Origin: Dehalococcoidia bacterium
GTDB taxonomy: Bacteria > Chloroflexota > Dehalococcoidia > Lucifugimonadales > UBA6952
NCBI GenBank assembly: GCA_022450525.1
Contig: JAKUQA010000005.1
Coordinates: 4,475-68,474 of the forward strand
Direction of reading: 5' to 3'
Length of the DNA stretch: 64,000 nucleotides
The notes under the pieces were generated by a model, which was not told the origin of the DNA, searched no databases, and was given only the letters and a program-made list of their open reading frames with translations. This document shows, piece by piece, positions 38,432 to 49,674 of this stretch; within the stretch, counting starts at the first letter, position 1; every line of letters begins with the position of its first letter. The position numbers and the translations under genes are program-made.

Positions 38432-39931
38432 TTGGATAGTTGGATATTACCTTTAATACTTATCGTACCAGTAATAACATTACTGGCAATATTATTTATA
38501 CCCAAAAATAACGATGAAACCATAAAAAATATAACTATTTTTGGCTCTGCAATTTCAGGGATTCTCTCCTTATATGTCTTTATGGCATTTGCGCAAACCA
38601 GAGATCCAAACCAATTTGATTTTTCAATGGTTTGGCTTCGTAATTTATCAATCCGTCTTGATTTTGGAGTAGATGGTATATCTGCTTTGATGGTTTTATT
38701 AGTTGGAATTGTCTACCTGACTGGAACGCTTATTTCTTGCAAAATAACTGAACGAATAAAAGAGTTTTTTATTTTATATATCCTGCTAATTATCGGAGTA
38801 TATGGTGTATTTATATCCCAAGATCTCTTTTTCTTCTTTTTCTTCTACGAATTAGCAGTTGTTCCAATGTATTTACTAATTGCTGTCTGGGGTCACAGCT
38901 CAGAATTCGAAACATTTAATAGAACCAAAGAATATGGGGCTTTAAAATTAATGCTTGTACTTGTTGCAAGTAGCATACTTATCTGGATTGGAATTTTATC
39001 CACATTTGTAGTTGCTAATCAAAATAGTTTCCTATTTAAAGATTTAATAGATGCTAATATTGGAAACGATTTCCAGATTTTCATTTTCCCATTCTTTTTA
39101 ATCGGTTTTGGTGTCCTAGCTGGTTTGTGGCCTTTTCATACATGGTCACCAGACGGACATGTTGCTGCACCAACTTCTGTAAGTATGGTTCATGCAGGTA
39201 TATTAATGAAATTAGGAGCGTACGGGATTCTAAGGAGTATCGAATTTTTACCTGCAGGTGCACAAGAATGGATGTGGCTCTTACTCATTCTAGGTACAAT
39301 AAATGTAGTATATGGTGCCTTATCAGCAATGGCTCAAAAAGATCTGAAATATGTCATTGGTTATAGTAGTGTAAGCCATATGGGATACGTGCTGATGGGA
39401 CTAGCAACCTTAAATGTCATTGGTGTAGCTGGGTCAGTATTACAAATGTTTTCTCATGGAATAATGACTGCATTATTCTTTGCGTTAGTTGGAGTGATAT
39501 ACGAAAGAACCCATAGTAGGGACATTGAAACACTTGATGGTTTAATAAAACCTATGGGCATTGCCGGTACCTTATTTGTTATTGCAGGTTTAACATCTCT
39601 AGGCTTGCCAGGATTAAGCGGTTTTGTAGCAGAATTATTCATATTTATCGGAGTATTTCAAACAAATCCACTTATGGCAATATTAGGGGTAATTGGTGCT
39701 GCTATAACAGCTGTATATATCCTTCGATTAATTGCAAGAATATTTTTTGGTACTGTTTCAGAAAAATGGGCAAATTTACCTGATATTAGTAAATTTGAAT
39801 TGATACCATCCGTTATTCTTGCATTCTTTATCGTATTTATGGGTGTTTTGCCAATATATTTTATTGATGCTGTCAATGAATCAGTAAAAGAACTAATTAA
39901 CGCATATTTGTCAAATTTTGTAGCTGGATAA
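38432..39931 (+). CDS. nuoM: NADH-quinone oxidoreductase-like subunit M
   Basis: FYELAVVPMY, WPFHTWSPDGHVAAPT, GLPGLSGFVAE. Confidence 0.96.
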   Translation: MDSWILPLILIVPVITLLAILFIPKNNDETIKNITIFGSAISGILSLYVFMAFAQTRDPNQFDFSMVWLRNLSIRLDFGVDGISALMVLLVGIVYLTGTLISCKITERIKEFFILYILLIIGVYGVFISQDLFFFFFFYELAVVPMYLLIAVWGHSSEFETFNRTKEYGALKLMLVLVASSILIWIGILSTFVVANQNSFLFKDLIDANIGNDFQIFIFPFFLIGFGVLAGLWPFHTWSPDGHVAAPTSVSMVHAGILMKLGAYGILRSIEFLPAGAQEWMWLLLILGTINVVYGALSAMAQKDLKYVIGYSSVSHMGYVLMGLATLNVIGVAGSVLQMFSHGIMTALFFALVGVIYERTHSRDIETLDGLIKPMGIAGTLFVIAGLTSLGLPGLSGFVAELFIFIGVFQTNPLMAILGVIGAAITAVYILRLIARIFFGTVSEKWANLPDISKFELIPSVILAFFIVFMGVLPIYFIDAVNESVKELINAYLSNFVAG

Positions 39932-39934
39932 TTC

Positions 39935-41443
39935 ATGGAAAATATAACAAACAATTTAACATACCTTATACCAGAAATTATAATAATCGCACTTGGATTT
40001 ATAATAATTGGTATAGGAATTTTTACTCGCATCAGAAATAAATTTATACTACCATTTGCCTCAATTACTGGACTCATCTTTACGGCAATATACATAACCT
40101 TCTTTTTTGACATTGGTAATATTCATATTCTATCCACAACTGACCATAATCAAATGAAAGACTTATTTATATATGGTGGGCTCTTAAAATTAGACTCATT
40201 CTCATTACTTTTTAAATTTATATTTATCATTCTAGGTATTTTTGTAATCCTTATGTCTATCGATTATGTTGATAAACATGTAAATCATGAAGGTGAATTC
40301 TATGGATTAATTATCCTTTCAATCGCAGGAATGATGATAATGTCAGCTGCAAATGAATTATTGACTGCATACATTGGTCTAGAGCTACTAAGTTTCAGTT
40401 TATACATATTAGTTTCATTAGGGAATGATCCAGAAAAAACAAATGAATCTAGTATTAAATATATATTACTCGGTGGATTTACTTCAGCCTTAGTACTTTA
40501 TGGTATTAGTCAAATTTATACTGAACTTGTAAAAAATGACATTGTAAATCCGACTTTCTTTTCATCAATAGGTATTTATGCAACTCAATACGAAACCTTT
40601 CCTCCACTGTTCATGTTTGGACTATTTCTTTTAATTACAGGCCTGGGATTTAAAATTGCTGCAGCACCATTCCATACTTGGGCTCCAGATATTTATGAAG
40701 GAGCGCCATTACCAATTGCAGGTTATTTAGCTACCGCATCAAAACTCGCTGGTATAGCCTTAATTCTCAGAATTTTCTCTGAAATTTTTGAAGGATCTCA
40801 CTCAAGTCTTGTCATTATTGTTGCTATTTTAGCGATTCTAACTATGTCGATAGGGAATATTACAGCTATAGCACAAACAAAATATCGAAGACTCATTGCG
40901 TATTCAGGAATCAGCCATATGGGATATATTCTTGTTGGATTAGCTACAAACACTGTAGACTCCTATACGGCAATAATATTGCACTCAATTGGATATGCCT
41001 TTTCAGGTTTAGTAATATTTGGGGTTCTAATATGTTTTTACAATCAAACTAATAAAGAAAATATTAATGATTTGTCAGGACTATACAAAACCAATTCATT
41101 CCTTGCTGTCAGTATAACTATTGCCTTGTTATCAACTGCTGGTTTGCCATTTTTTGTAGGTTTTATATCTAAGTTTTACCTATTTTTAGCAGCAGTAGAA
41201 CAAGATTTATTATGGTTAGTGATTATTGCTCTTATAAATAGCCTTATCTCCCTTTATTATTATTTAATGGTAATAAAAGAAATGTACGTAAATGAACCTG
41301 ATGATGTTCTAGCAATCTCTACAAACAATATAGAAAAATTGGTGTTAATTACCTCATTAATTGGCGTCATTGGTTTAGGAATTTATCCTGACATAATTAT
41401 GGATGCTATTAACAGCGCTTCAATTTCAGTATTTATAAGATAA
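39935..41443 (+). CDS. nuoN: NADH-quinone oxidoreductase-like subunit N
   Basis: GLELLSFSLY, GFKIAAAPFHTWAPDIYEGAP, AYSGISHMG. Confidence 0.96.
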   Translation: MENITNNLTYLIPEIIIIALGFIIIGIGIFTRIRNKFILPFASITGLIFTAIYITFFFDIGNIHILSTTDHNQMKDLFIYGGLLKLDSFSLLFKFIFIILGIFVILMSIDYVDKHVNHEGEFYGLIILSIAGMMIMSAANELLTAYIGLELLSFSLYILVSLGNDPEKTNESSIKYILLGGFTSALVLYGISQIYTELVKNDIVNPTFFSSIGIYATQYETFPPLFMFGLFLLITGLGFKIAAAPFHTWAPDIYEGAPLPIAGYLATASKLAGIALILRIFSEIFEGSHSSLVIIVAILAILTMSIGNITAIAQTKYRRLIAYSGISHMGYILVGLATNTVDSYTAIILHSIGYAFSGLVIFGVLICFYNQTNKENINDLSGLYKTNSFLAVSITIALLSTAGLPFFVGFISKFYLFLAAVEQDLLWLVIIALINSLISLYYYLMVIKEMYVNEPDDVLAISTNNIEKLVLITSLIGVIGLGIYPDIIMDAINSASISVFIR

Positions 41444-41455
41444 ATAAGGGAAAAT

Positions 41456-42754
41456 ATGTCAGATGACTTTCAGATAAAATCAATAATTGCTAAAGAAATT
41501 TTAGATTCCAGATCTAATCCAACTATAAGAGTGTCAGTCACCTTGTCAGATAATAGTGTAGGTAGTGCTAACGTACCATCCGGTGCAAGTACAGGAGCAC
41601 ATGAAGCAATTGAATTAAGAGATAATGATCCAAGTAGATTTTCAGGTAAAGGAGTATTGAAAGCAGTTGCTAATGTCAATAATACCATTGCAAAGAAATT
41701 AACAGGTATGAAATTTAATGATATTGATACTATTGATAGAACCTTAATCGAACTAGATGGAACTGAAAATAAATCTAATTTAGGTGCAAATTCTATTTTA
41801 GGAGTATCTCTTGCTACAATTCATGCAATTTCAAGTTCAAATCAAGTTCCTTTATATCAATACATTTCAAATATAACCAATAACAAAATATCATTACCTG
41901 TTCCAATGTTTAATATTCTAAATGGAGGTAGCCATGCTTCAAACTCCACAGATATTCAGGAATTTATGGTTATACCTTCTGGACTGAACTCCTTTAGTGA
42001 ATCTCTACAATTTGGTGCGGAAACATACCAATCTCTAAAATCTTTACTTTCTAAGGATGGGAAATCAACTAATGTTGGAGACGAAGGGGGATTTGCTCCA
42101 GAAATGAAATCTAATCAAGCTGCAATAGAAATTATATTGAAAGCTATCGAAAATGCGGGTTATAAGGTAGGAAGAGATTGTTATTTAGGTCTAGATGTAG
42201 CAGCTTCTGAATTCTATATTGATTCAAAGTATGAACTAAAAAAAGATAATCTAAATCTAAATAGTGACGAAATGGTCCAATATTTAATCAATTTAGTAAA
42301 TTCATACCCTATTTTAAGTATTGAAGATGGATTAGCTGAGGATGATTGGGATGGATGGGCTACTTTAACTCAACAAATAGGAAATAAAATTCAATTAGTT
42401 GGAGATGATTTATATACCACTAATGTTGCAAGGCTAACAAAAGGTATACAAGAAACTTGTAGTAATTCTATTCTTATCAAGTTTAATCAAATCGGGAGTA
42501 TAACTGAAACTTTTGATGCGATCGACTTAGCAAAGAATGCAAAATGGAGCAATGTTATTAGTCACAGATCTGGAGAAACTGAAGATACAACTATTGCTGA
42601 CTTAGCTGTCGGAACCGGTGCTGGACAAATAAAAACTGGAGCACCTGCAAGAAGTGAAAGAGTTGCAAAATATAATCGATTATTAAGTATTGAAGAGGAG
42701 TTAAAAGGAAGTGTATCATACGCAGGGAAATCTGCATTTCCTTTCTTATCATAA
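41456..42754 (+). CDS. eno: Enolase
   Basis: [48 protein letters not shown]. Confidence 0.98.
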   Translation: MSDDFQIKSIIAKEILDSRSNPTIRVSVTLSDNSVGSANVPSGASTGAHEAIELRDNDPSRFSGKGVLKAVANVNNTIAKKLTGMKFNDIDTIDRTLIELDGTENKSNLGANSILGVSLATIHAISSSNQVPLYQYISNITNNKISLPVPMFNILNGGSHASNSTDIQEFMVIPSGLNSFSESLQFGAETYQSLKSLLSKDGKSTNVGDEGGFAPEMKSNQAAIEIILKAIENAGYKVGRDCYLGLDVAASEFYIDSKYELKKDNLNLNSDEMVQYLINLVNSYPILSIEDGLAEDDWDGWATLTQQIGNKIQLVGDDLYTTNVARLTKGIQETCSNSILIKFNQIGSITETFDAIDLAKNAKWSNVISHRSGETEDTTIADLAVGTGAGQIKTGAPARSERVAKYNRLLSIEEELKGSVSYAGKSAFPFLS

Positions 42755-42770
42755 TAATAAGGATTAAATC

Positions 42771-43778
42771 ATGGTAACAAAAATTGGTATTAATGGGTTT
42801 GGAAGGATTGGAAGACAAATACTCAGGGTTATAATGGAACAATACCGAAATGACCTCGAAGTGGTATCAATAAACGATGGTGGCAATATTGAAACTAACG
42901 CTCATTTATTCAAATATGATAGTACCTATGGAACCTATAATGGGACAGTTACACACAATAAAAACATTCTTGATATAGATGGTCATAAAATAATTAAAAC
43001 GAGTGACCGTAACCCTGAAAACTTAGACTGGTCTAAATATGGCGTTGATATAGTTGTAGAATCTACAGGTAATTTAACTGATAGAGAAAGCGCATCAACA
43101 CATCTCAACAATGGAGCAAAAACAGTCCTAGTTACAGCTCCAGCATCGAACGCAGATCTGACTATGGTTTTAGGAGTGAATGAAAATGAATATGACCCAA
43201 AAAACCATAAAATATTATCCAATGCTTCTTGTACTACTAATTGCGCAGCTCCACTAGTAAAAGTACTACATGATAATTTTGGAATAAATCAGGGCTTAAT
43301 GACAACAGTACATTCCTACACAAATGATCAAAAAGTCCTTGATGGAAATCATAAAGATTTACGAAGAGCAAGAACTGCTGCTGGAAATATAATTCCTACC
43401 TCTACTGGTGCAGCAAAAACATGCGCTGTTGTTATGCCAGAATTACAAGGGAAGGTACATGGTGTTGCGTTACGTGTACCAACACAAACAGTTTCTGTAG
43501 TTGATTTCGTAGCTACATTAGATAAAAAAGTAACATCTGAAGATATTAATCAAGCTTATAAAAATGCTGCTGAAACTTCCATGGAAGGAATAATAGAATA
43601 TTGTGATGAACCTTTGGTATCTAGTGACTTCCGAGGCAGTCCTTATAGTTGTATATTTGATTCTTTATCTACAATGGTATTAGGTAATTCAATGGTTAAA
43701 ATATTAGGCTGGTATGATAATGAATGGGGATATTCATGTAGAACAGCCGAAATGTTAAAATTTATTGCTAATAAATAA
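42771..43778 (+). CDS. gap: Glyceraldehyde-3-phosphate dehydrogenase (type I)
   Basis: GINGFGRIGR, SNASCTTNC, WYDNEWGYS. Confidence 0.98.
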   Translation: MVTKIGINGFGRIGRQILRVIMEQYRNDLEVVSINDGGNIETNAHLFKYDSTYGTYNGTVTHNKNILDIDGHKIIKTSDRNPENLDWSKYGVDIVVESTGNLTDRESASTHLNNGAKTVLVTAPASNADLTMVLGVNENEYDPKNHKILSNASCTTNCAAPLVKVLHDNFGINQGLMTTVHSYTNDQKVLDGNHKDLRRARTAAGNIIPTSTGAAKTCAVVMPELQGKVHGVALRVPTQTVSVVDFVATLDKKVTSEDINQAYKNAAETSMEGIIEYCDEPLVSSDFRGSPYSCIFDSLSTMVLGNSMVKILGWYDNEWGYSCRTAEMLKFIANK

Positions 43779-43807
43779 ACCAAAAACCCTAAGCTTGATA
43801 AAACCTG

Positions 43808-46800
43808 GTGATTAACTGGAACAATAAATCATTTAAAAACAATGCCGGATTCATAAATAAATCTATAATAATTACAATAATAATTATAGGTTTTCTGATA
43901 CGTTTGTATGGCGTGAATTGGGATAGTGGCTATTATTTTCACCCTGACGAACGCTCCATATATATGCGTGTAGACTGCATGTACAAAGTCCTCATGAATT
44001 CTTTGGGATATCTTGATTGTATAAAAGCGCCACCATTTGAATTAACCGAGCCTGGATTGCCTTCAATACAAACGTTTTTTAATAGCGATAAAAGTCCTTT
44101 AAACCCACACTGGTTTCCATTAGGAAGCGCAATAATTTATCTTTTATTATTTTTCAAAATCCTTCTCGCTCCATTTTTCACAATTGGTGTTTATGATCTT
44201 TACCTTATAGGAAGACCACTTTCAATAATAGCTGATATAGGTTCAATGGTATTTATATATCTAATTGCTAAAAACATTTTTGGAAGCAGAGCAGCGTTGT
44301 TATCTCTTGTTCTATTTGCCTTCTTACCAACAAGTATTCAGCATAGTCACTACTATCGACCTGAACCATTTTCAGTATTTTTCATTCTAGCTAGTTTTTG
44401 GTCTATGCTTAAGTTATATAATAAACAATCCATCAAACACTATCTTTATGTTGGATTTAGTATAGGTCTCGCCCTTTCATTCAAAATCAGTGCCCTATCA
44501 CTAGGGATACCGCTTTCTATTTTGTTTCTTTTGTTTCTTATCTCTAGTATTAATTCTTCATCAATTACATTGCAGTTACATCAAATCAAATTATTCCTAA
44601 TAACAGGACTTGTCATAGTATCTACATATGTGATTATAAATCCCTATTCAATATTAGATTTTCAAGAATTTTGGGAATGGAATACTAGGGAAATTAACAT
44701 TGTAAATACTGCAGGTATAGTTCCATATACTATTCAATATTTAAATACACCAAATTTTATTTATGAATTTCTGCAAACAACGAAATGGAACATTGGATTA
44801 CTTACAGGTGTCTCTCTATGGATATTATTCATATCAGCAATAATTTATAACTTTAGATATCCCAAAATTAATGAAATTCTTCTTTTAGTCTGGGGCTTTG
44901 CATACTTCATAACTATTGCAACAGTAGAAGTTAAATTTTCTCGATATATGTATCCTCTTATACCAATAATGATAATTATAGGTTCAGGATATTTATTCAA
45001 AGTACAATATTATCTAAGTCAAAAAAAGAATCTTTTTCATCCAGTTTTTTCGATACTCATTGTAATACTCACCACATCGTCAGTTTTATACGGTCTAGCA
45101 TATACAAATATCTATACAAACGACCATACAGCTGTTCAAGCGAGTAAATGGATCAATGAAAATATTCCAAAAGGAACGAAAATTATTAATGATAATCATT
45201 GGGATGAATCCATCCCTGATATTTATGGTTATCAAATAAAGCAAATACCTATATTTGAATCTGATACACAAGATAAAGGATTTAATATAGCGATAGATTT
45301 GTCATCCTCTGAGTACTTAATCTTTTATAGTAATAGAACATACAATGCTATATTTAATAATTCATCCCGATATCCAATTAGCGCTTCATATTACGATAGT
45401 CTTTTTAATGAAAAATTAGGATATTCACTCGTTAAATCATTTACTCAATATCCAGAAATTGCAGGTATCCATTTTCAACATGATACTTTCTCCATCAATG
45501 ATATACCTACACCTATTGGCTTTCCAACAGATGACAAATCTGGACTTAATTTAAACCTAGGTTATGGTGACAACGACATTGTAAATTATGATCATCCAGT
45601 AGTATTAATTTTTGAAAATATCCAAAAATATAAACCAGATAGAATATATCAAACTATTTATAGTGGACGAACAAATTACCCGTCCGAATTAAATTCTGTG
45701 CTTAATACTGAAGACAGAATAATAAATAGTAACGGTGGAACTTGGAATAATATTTTCTCTGAAAATATATTAGCTCAAAAATTGCCAATTTTATCATGGT
45801 TTATCCTATTAGAAATTCTATCAATTCTTTTGTTACCTATTTCCCTAATAATCTTTCGGGGTTTACCAGATAAAGGATTTGGAATCAACAAATTACTTTC
45901 ACTATTTGTAATCGCATATATTACATGGATATTTGTTTATTTAAATATCCTTACATTTACAATATTCTCGATCATATTAATCACAGTTATACTTAGCGCT
46001 ATTTCGATAAGAGTATTTTTTAGAAATAAAGACTATATAATCACAACAACTAAAAATAATATCAAAATATTTGTTCTAGAAGATTTGATATTTCTTTCAG
46101 CCTTTGCATTATTTGTACTAATTCGATGGTTTAATCCCGATTTATGGCATCCATATCTAGGAGGGGAAAAACCAATGGATTTTGCCTATCTTAATGCAAT
46201 TATAAAATCAACAACCATGCCTCCGTATGATCCATGGTTTGCCGGTGGTTATATCAATTATTATTATTTTGGACAGTTCTTTATAGCTGTTTACATTATC
46301 CTTTCTGGTATTCTTCCAGAAATCGCATACAATCTTGCTATCCCAAGTTTGTATGCTTTTACTACAGTTCTCTCATTCTCAGTTGGATATAATATTTATT
46401 CGCTGTATCGAGAGAAAACAAATTTCAACAGATCATCAGTATTTGCAGGTTTAATGTCTCTATTCCTCATAACATTATCAGGTAATTTTGGAATACTTTT
46501 TCAAATTATTGATAATCCAAGTTATCTCATGAATCCAACGCGATTTGACTGGTGGGGACCAAGCAGAATGATGGAACCACAATTTAGTATCACAGAATTC
46601 CCTTTTTGGACCTTTTTATTCGCTGATTTACATGCTCATTTAATCGCCCTTCCATTTACCATACTAACAATACTTGTAGGTTTAAATGTTTGTACTAACT
46701 TACTAAAACAGGAGAGAATTTTTACGAAAAAATTCATCGCGAGTTTTTTATCTTTTGCACTAATATTGGGATCTCTTTCCGTAATTAACACCTGGGATTA

Positions 46801-48094
46801 TCCAACCTATTTAGTTATATCCTTATTTTTTATATTTATTGGGATTTTTACTTCACTATCATCGATTCAACAAACAATTACAAAACTCATCTTAATTTCT
46901 TCGTCACTTATTACTATTTCATACCTGTTATATCTACCATATCATTTGGATAATACAATCTACACGTCAGGATTCCATCTGAGTAATGAACAAACAAATA
47001 TTGCTGATTTTCTATCGATATATGGATTTTTTCTTTTCATACTTCTTTCATATTTTCTTCTGAAAACACTCAGCTTTTACACATCTTTACCTATCCCCAG
47101 AAACCTAATTATCCCAATTAGTATTATTCTTATTTCGGCAATTACGGTGATCCTATCTTTCACACTATATTTTGGATATTTTACTGTTGGTATTATTGTC
47201 ATTTTAATAATAATCCTTAAATTAATGATTCCAGATTTATATATAAATTCCTTAGGAAATCGATACTATTTATTTCCTCTGTTTTTCATATTACTTTCGT
47301 TGAGTATTTGTATTTTTGTTGACATATTTACTATAGATAATGATATAAATCGAATGAACACAGTCTTTAAGTTCTACAATCAAGCATGGATTCTCTTTTC
47401 TATTGGCTCTGCATTTTTACTCACTATATTACTCGAATCTATAAATTCTAAATTAATATTTAATAACCGAATTGTTACATTCTTTTGGATATTTTTACTT
47501 GGATTTTTTGTTATAAATGCATCTTTATTTGCTATATTTGGTACAACCTCAAGAGTAAATAATCGATTTACCACAGAATTCAAAAGTTTAAATGGTATGG
47601 AATTTATGCAATACGCATCGTATACAGATACTAAAGCACCTCTCTGGAATCCTGAAATGGATGGTTTAAATTTAAACCATGATTTAGAAGGTATTATGTG
47701 GATACGAGATAATATACCAGGATCACCTGTTATAGCTGAAGCTACTACTGAACCTCATAGATATATGTGGGGTAACCGCATATCAATATATACGGGAAAT
47801 CCTACAGTCATCGGATGGGGATGGCATCAAACACAACAAAGAACATCCGGAGAGTCTATTGAAGAAATAAACACAAGGATCCAAGATGTAAAAGTTTTCT
47901 TTTCAACAGAAAATAAAAAATTGGCCCAAGATATAGCAGAAAAATATAATATTGAATATATTTATGTTGGGGAATTAGAAAAAATTTATTATCCCAAAGA
48001 GGGTCTAGATAAATTTGATTTGATGATCCAGCAAGGATTTAAGAAAATTTATTATAAAAATGGTTTTTCAGTTTACAAGATTGAACTATCGTAA
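43808..48094 (+). CDS. Very large DUF2298/YYY-type polytopic membrane protein with two GT-C-like glycosyltransferase modules
   Basis: 1428 aa; module 1 FHPDER..PHWFPLG; module 2 PDLWHPYLGGEKPMDFAYLNA, TEFPFWTFLFADLHAH, NTVFKFY; DUF2298 call is from motif recall. Confidence 0.8.
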   Translation: MINWNNKSFKNNAGFINKSIIITIIIIGFLIRLYGVNWDSGYYFHPDERSIYMRVDCMYKVLMNSLGYLDCIKAPPFELTEPGLPSIQTFFNSDKSPLNPHWFPLGSAIIYLLLFFKILLAPFFTIGVYDLYLIGRPLSIIADIGSMVFIYLIAKNIFGSRAALLSLVLFAFLPTSIQHSHYYRPEPFSVFFILASFWSMLKLYNKQSIKHYLYVGFSIGLALSFKISALSLGIPLSILFLLFLISSINSSSITLQLHQIKLFLITGLVIVSTYVIINPYSILDFQEFWEWNTREINIVNTAGIVPYTIQYLNTPNFIYEFLQTTKWNIGLLTGVSLWILFISAIIYNFRYPKINEILLLVWGFAYFITIATVEVKFSRYMYPLIPIMIIIGSGYLFKVQYYLSQKKNLFHPVFSILIVILTTSSVLYGLAYTNIYTNDHTAVQASKWINENIPKGTKIINDNHWDESIPDIYGYQIKQIPIFESDTQDKGFNIAIDLSSSEYLIFYSNRTYNAIFNNSSRYPISASYYDSLFNEKLGYSLVKSFTQYPEIAGIHFQHDTFSINDIPTPIGFPTDDKSGLNLNLGYGDNDIVNYDHPVVLIFENIQKYKPDRIYQTIYSGRTNYPSELNSVLNTEDRIINSNGGTWNNIFSENILAQKLPILSWFILLEILSILLLPISLIIFRGLPDKGFGINKLLSLFVIAYITWIFVYLNILTFTIFSIILITVILSAISIRVFFRNKDYIITTTKNNIKIFVLEDLIFLSAFALFVLIRWFNPDLWHPYLGGEKPMDFAYLNAIIKSTTMPPYDPWFAGGYINYYYFGQFFIAVYIILSGILPEIAYNLAIPSLYAFTTVLSFSVGYNIYSLYREKTNFNRSSVFAGLMSLFLITLSGNFGILFQIIDNPSYLMNPTRFDWWGPSRMMEPQFSITEFPFWTFLFADLHAHLIALPFTILTILVGLNVCTNLLKQERIFTKKFIASFLSFALILGSLSVINTWDYPTYLVISLFFIFIGIFTSLSSIQQTITKLILISSSLITISYLLYLPYHLDNTIYTSGFHLSNEQTNIADFLSIYGFFLFILLSYFLLKTLSFYTSLPIPRNLIIPISIILISAITVILSFTLYFGYFTVGIIVILIIILKLMIPDLYINSLGNRYYLFPLFFILLSLSICIFVDIFTIDNDINRMNTVFKFYNQAWILFSIGSAFLLTILLESINSKLIFNNRIVTFFWIFLLGFFVINASLFAIFGTTSRVNNRFTTEFKSLNGMEFMQYASYTDTKAPLWNPEMDGLNLNHDLEGIMWIRDNIPGSPVIAEATTEPHRYMWGNRISIYTGNPTVIGWGWHQTQQRTSGESIEEINTRIQDVKVFFSTENKKLAQDIAEKYNIEYIYVGELEKIYYPKEGLDKFDLMIQQGFKKIYYKNGFSVYKIELS

Positions 48095-49669
48095 TTAATC
48101 TTCATTTTCTTGAACTAAAGCTTTTTCCCATGTTAAGTATTTAAGCATAAGTTCACGATTCCCAAGAGGGTGTACAAAAACATCATCTGGATAATCATAT
48201 TTGTTATCACTTTTAGTAGTTAATGGCAGGTTGTTAGACTTCCATGCCTCTAAACCACCACTTAAAACCACAGTATTGCTATATCCTAAATCCTCCAATA
48301 TCTTTGTAGACAATGCAGATCTAAGTTCATCATTACAAACCAATACCACTTTATCATTGTTATTGGGCACAACCGCTTCTATATATATTTCTAACCAATC
48401 CTTTGGAAGCCAATATGAATTTTCAATATGACCTTCATTATAATTTGCACTATTTCCCAAAAATAAAATTGTCTGATTTTCGTTGTTATTTATACTATTA
48501 AGTAATTCATTTGAACTAATAGATTTGTAATTTACAGGAAGATCTATGATAGGTTTTGAAAATTCTGAACTAAACTTAAATTCATTACTTGAGCATTCAT
48601 TCATACCGCCCAAAACCACTTGTATATTGTCATACCCCATTCTTTTTAACCAATATGCAGCAACTGTCGACCGTGTCATATCATTACAAACTAGAATAAC
48701 TCGTGCATTTTTCATAGCAACAGTTTCATCAGTACGCTGAATTAGCTGTCCACCTGCCATCCAGTCGAATTCTGATAAATGTGATTCTTTATATTCAGAT
48801 TCTGTTCTAACATCGATAAAGTAAATATTATTTTCAATATTTTGATTAAAAAGATTTTTCAGTTCAACGTGATCAATGGTTTGTATACTATTTTGTTTAC
48901 GCATATTTTCAGCTAATTCTTGAGCAAGTTTTTTAAAATCCAGAGTTGTATCAACAAAATCTTCCACATCATTATCATATTGAAGCTCGTACCCCGCTAA
49001 CAACCACCCCATAGTTCCATCTTTAAGGGAGATTATGTCTTTATAACCTAAAGTATGCATCAAGCTCGCTCCAATAATACTCCTAGTTCTACCACCACAA
49101 TGAATTATTATTTGGCCATCAAATTCTTTATCCAATTGTGGCACTCGATTTATTAATTCTCCATTTGGAATATTTATACTATTTGGCATAGTTGCTCTTG
49201 AGTATTCTTCAGGGGTTCTTGTATCAATTAATAATAGCTTTTCACCATTTTCCATCATTTCAAAAAGTTGTTCTGGTGTTATTTCGGGAGGATCATCAGT
49301 ATGTAAAACTTGCTCACCAAAAGTTTTACTCGGAACATTCATACCTTCAGTATATGAATATCCATCAGCTATCCATTTATCTAAACCACCTTCTAATACT
49401 AATACATTTGAATATCCCATATGAGAAAGTTGTGCCACAGAATAAAAAGATCTTTTGGAATCACTATCATTTAATATAATTTTCGTTTGCTTGTAAGGAA
49501 TTAAACGAGGTAGTTGAAATTCAAGATCTGACCTAGGAATTGAACTTGAACCCAAAATGTGTTTCTCGTTAAATTCTGCCTTTGAACGTATATCAAGTAG
49601 ACAAAAATTACTACTACTAGTAATCAAGTCTAATAATTCTTCACAACTTATATAATTAGCATTAGTCAT
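48095..49669 (-). CDS. Four-domain rhodanese-like (sulfurtransferase) protein
   Basis: Four repeats beginning LLDIRS / LIDTRT / FIDVRT / ILFLG, with active-loop segments NDSDSKRS, HCGGRTRS, VCNDMTRS and VCNDELRS. Confidence 0.85.
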   Translation of the reverse strand: MTNANYISCEELLDLITSSSNFCLLDIRSKAEFNEKHILGSSSIPRSDLEFQLPRLIPYKQTKIILNDSDSKRSFYSVAQLSHMGYSNVLVLEGGLDKWIADGYSYTEGMNVPSKTFGEQVLHTDDPPEITPEQLFEMMENGEKLLLIDTRTPEEYSRATMPNSINIPNGELINRVPQLDKEFDGQIIIHCGGRTRSIIGASLMHTLGYKDIISLKDGTMGWLLAGYELQYDNDVEDFVDTTLDFKKLAQELAENMRKQNSIQTIDHVELKNLFNQNIENNIYFIDVRTESEYKESHLSEFDWMAGGQLIQRTDETVAMKNARVILVCNDMTRSTVAAYWLKRMGYDNIQVVLGGMNECSSNEFKFSSEFSKPIIDLPVNYKSISSNELLNSINNNENQTILFLGNSANYNEGHIENSYWLPKDWLEIYIEAVVPNNNDKVVLVCNDELRSALSTKILEDLGYSNTVVLSGGLEAWKSNNLPLTTKSDNKYDYPDDVFVHPLGNRELMLKYLTWEKALVQENED

Positions 49670-49674
49670 AATAA

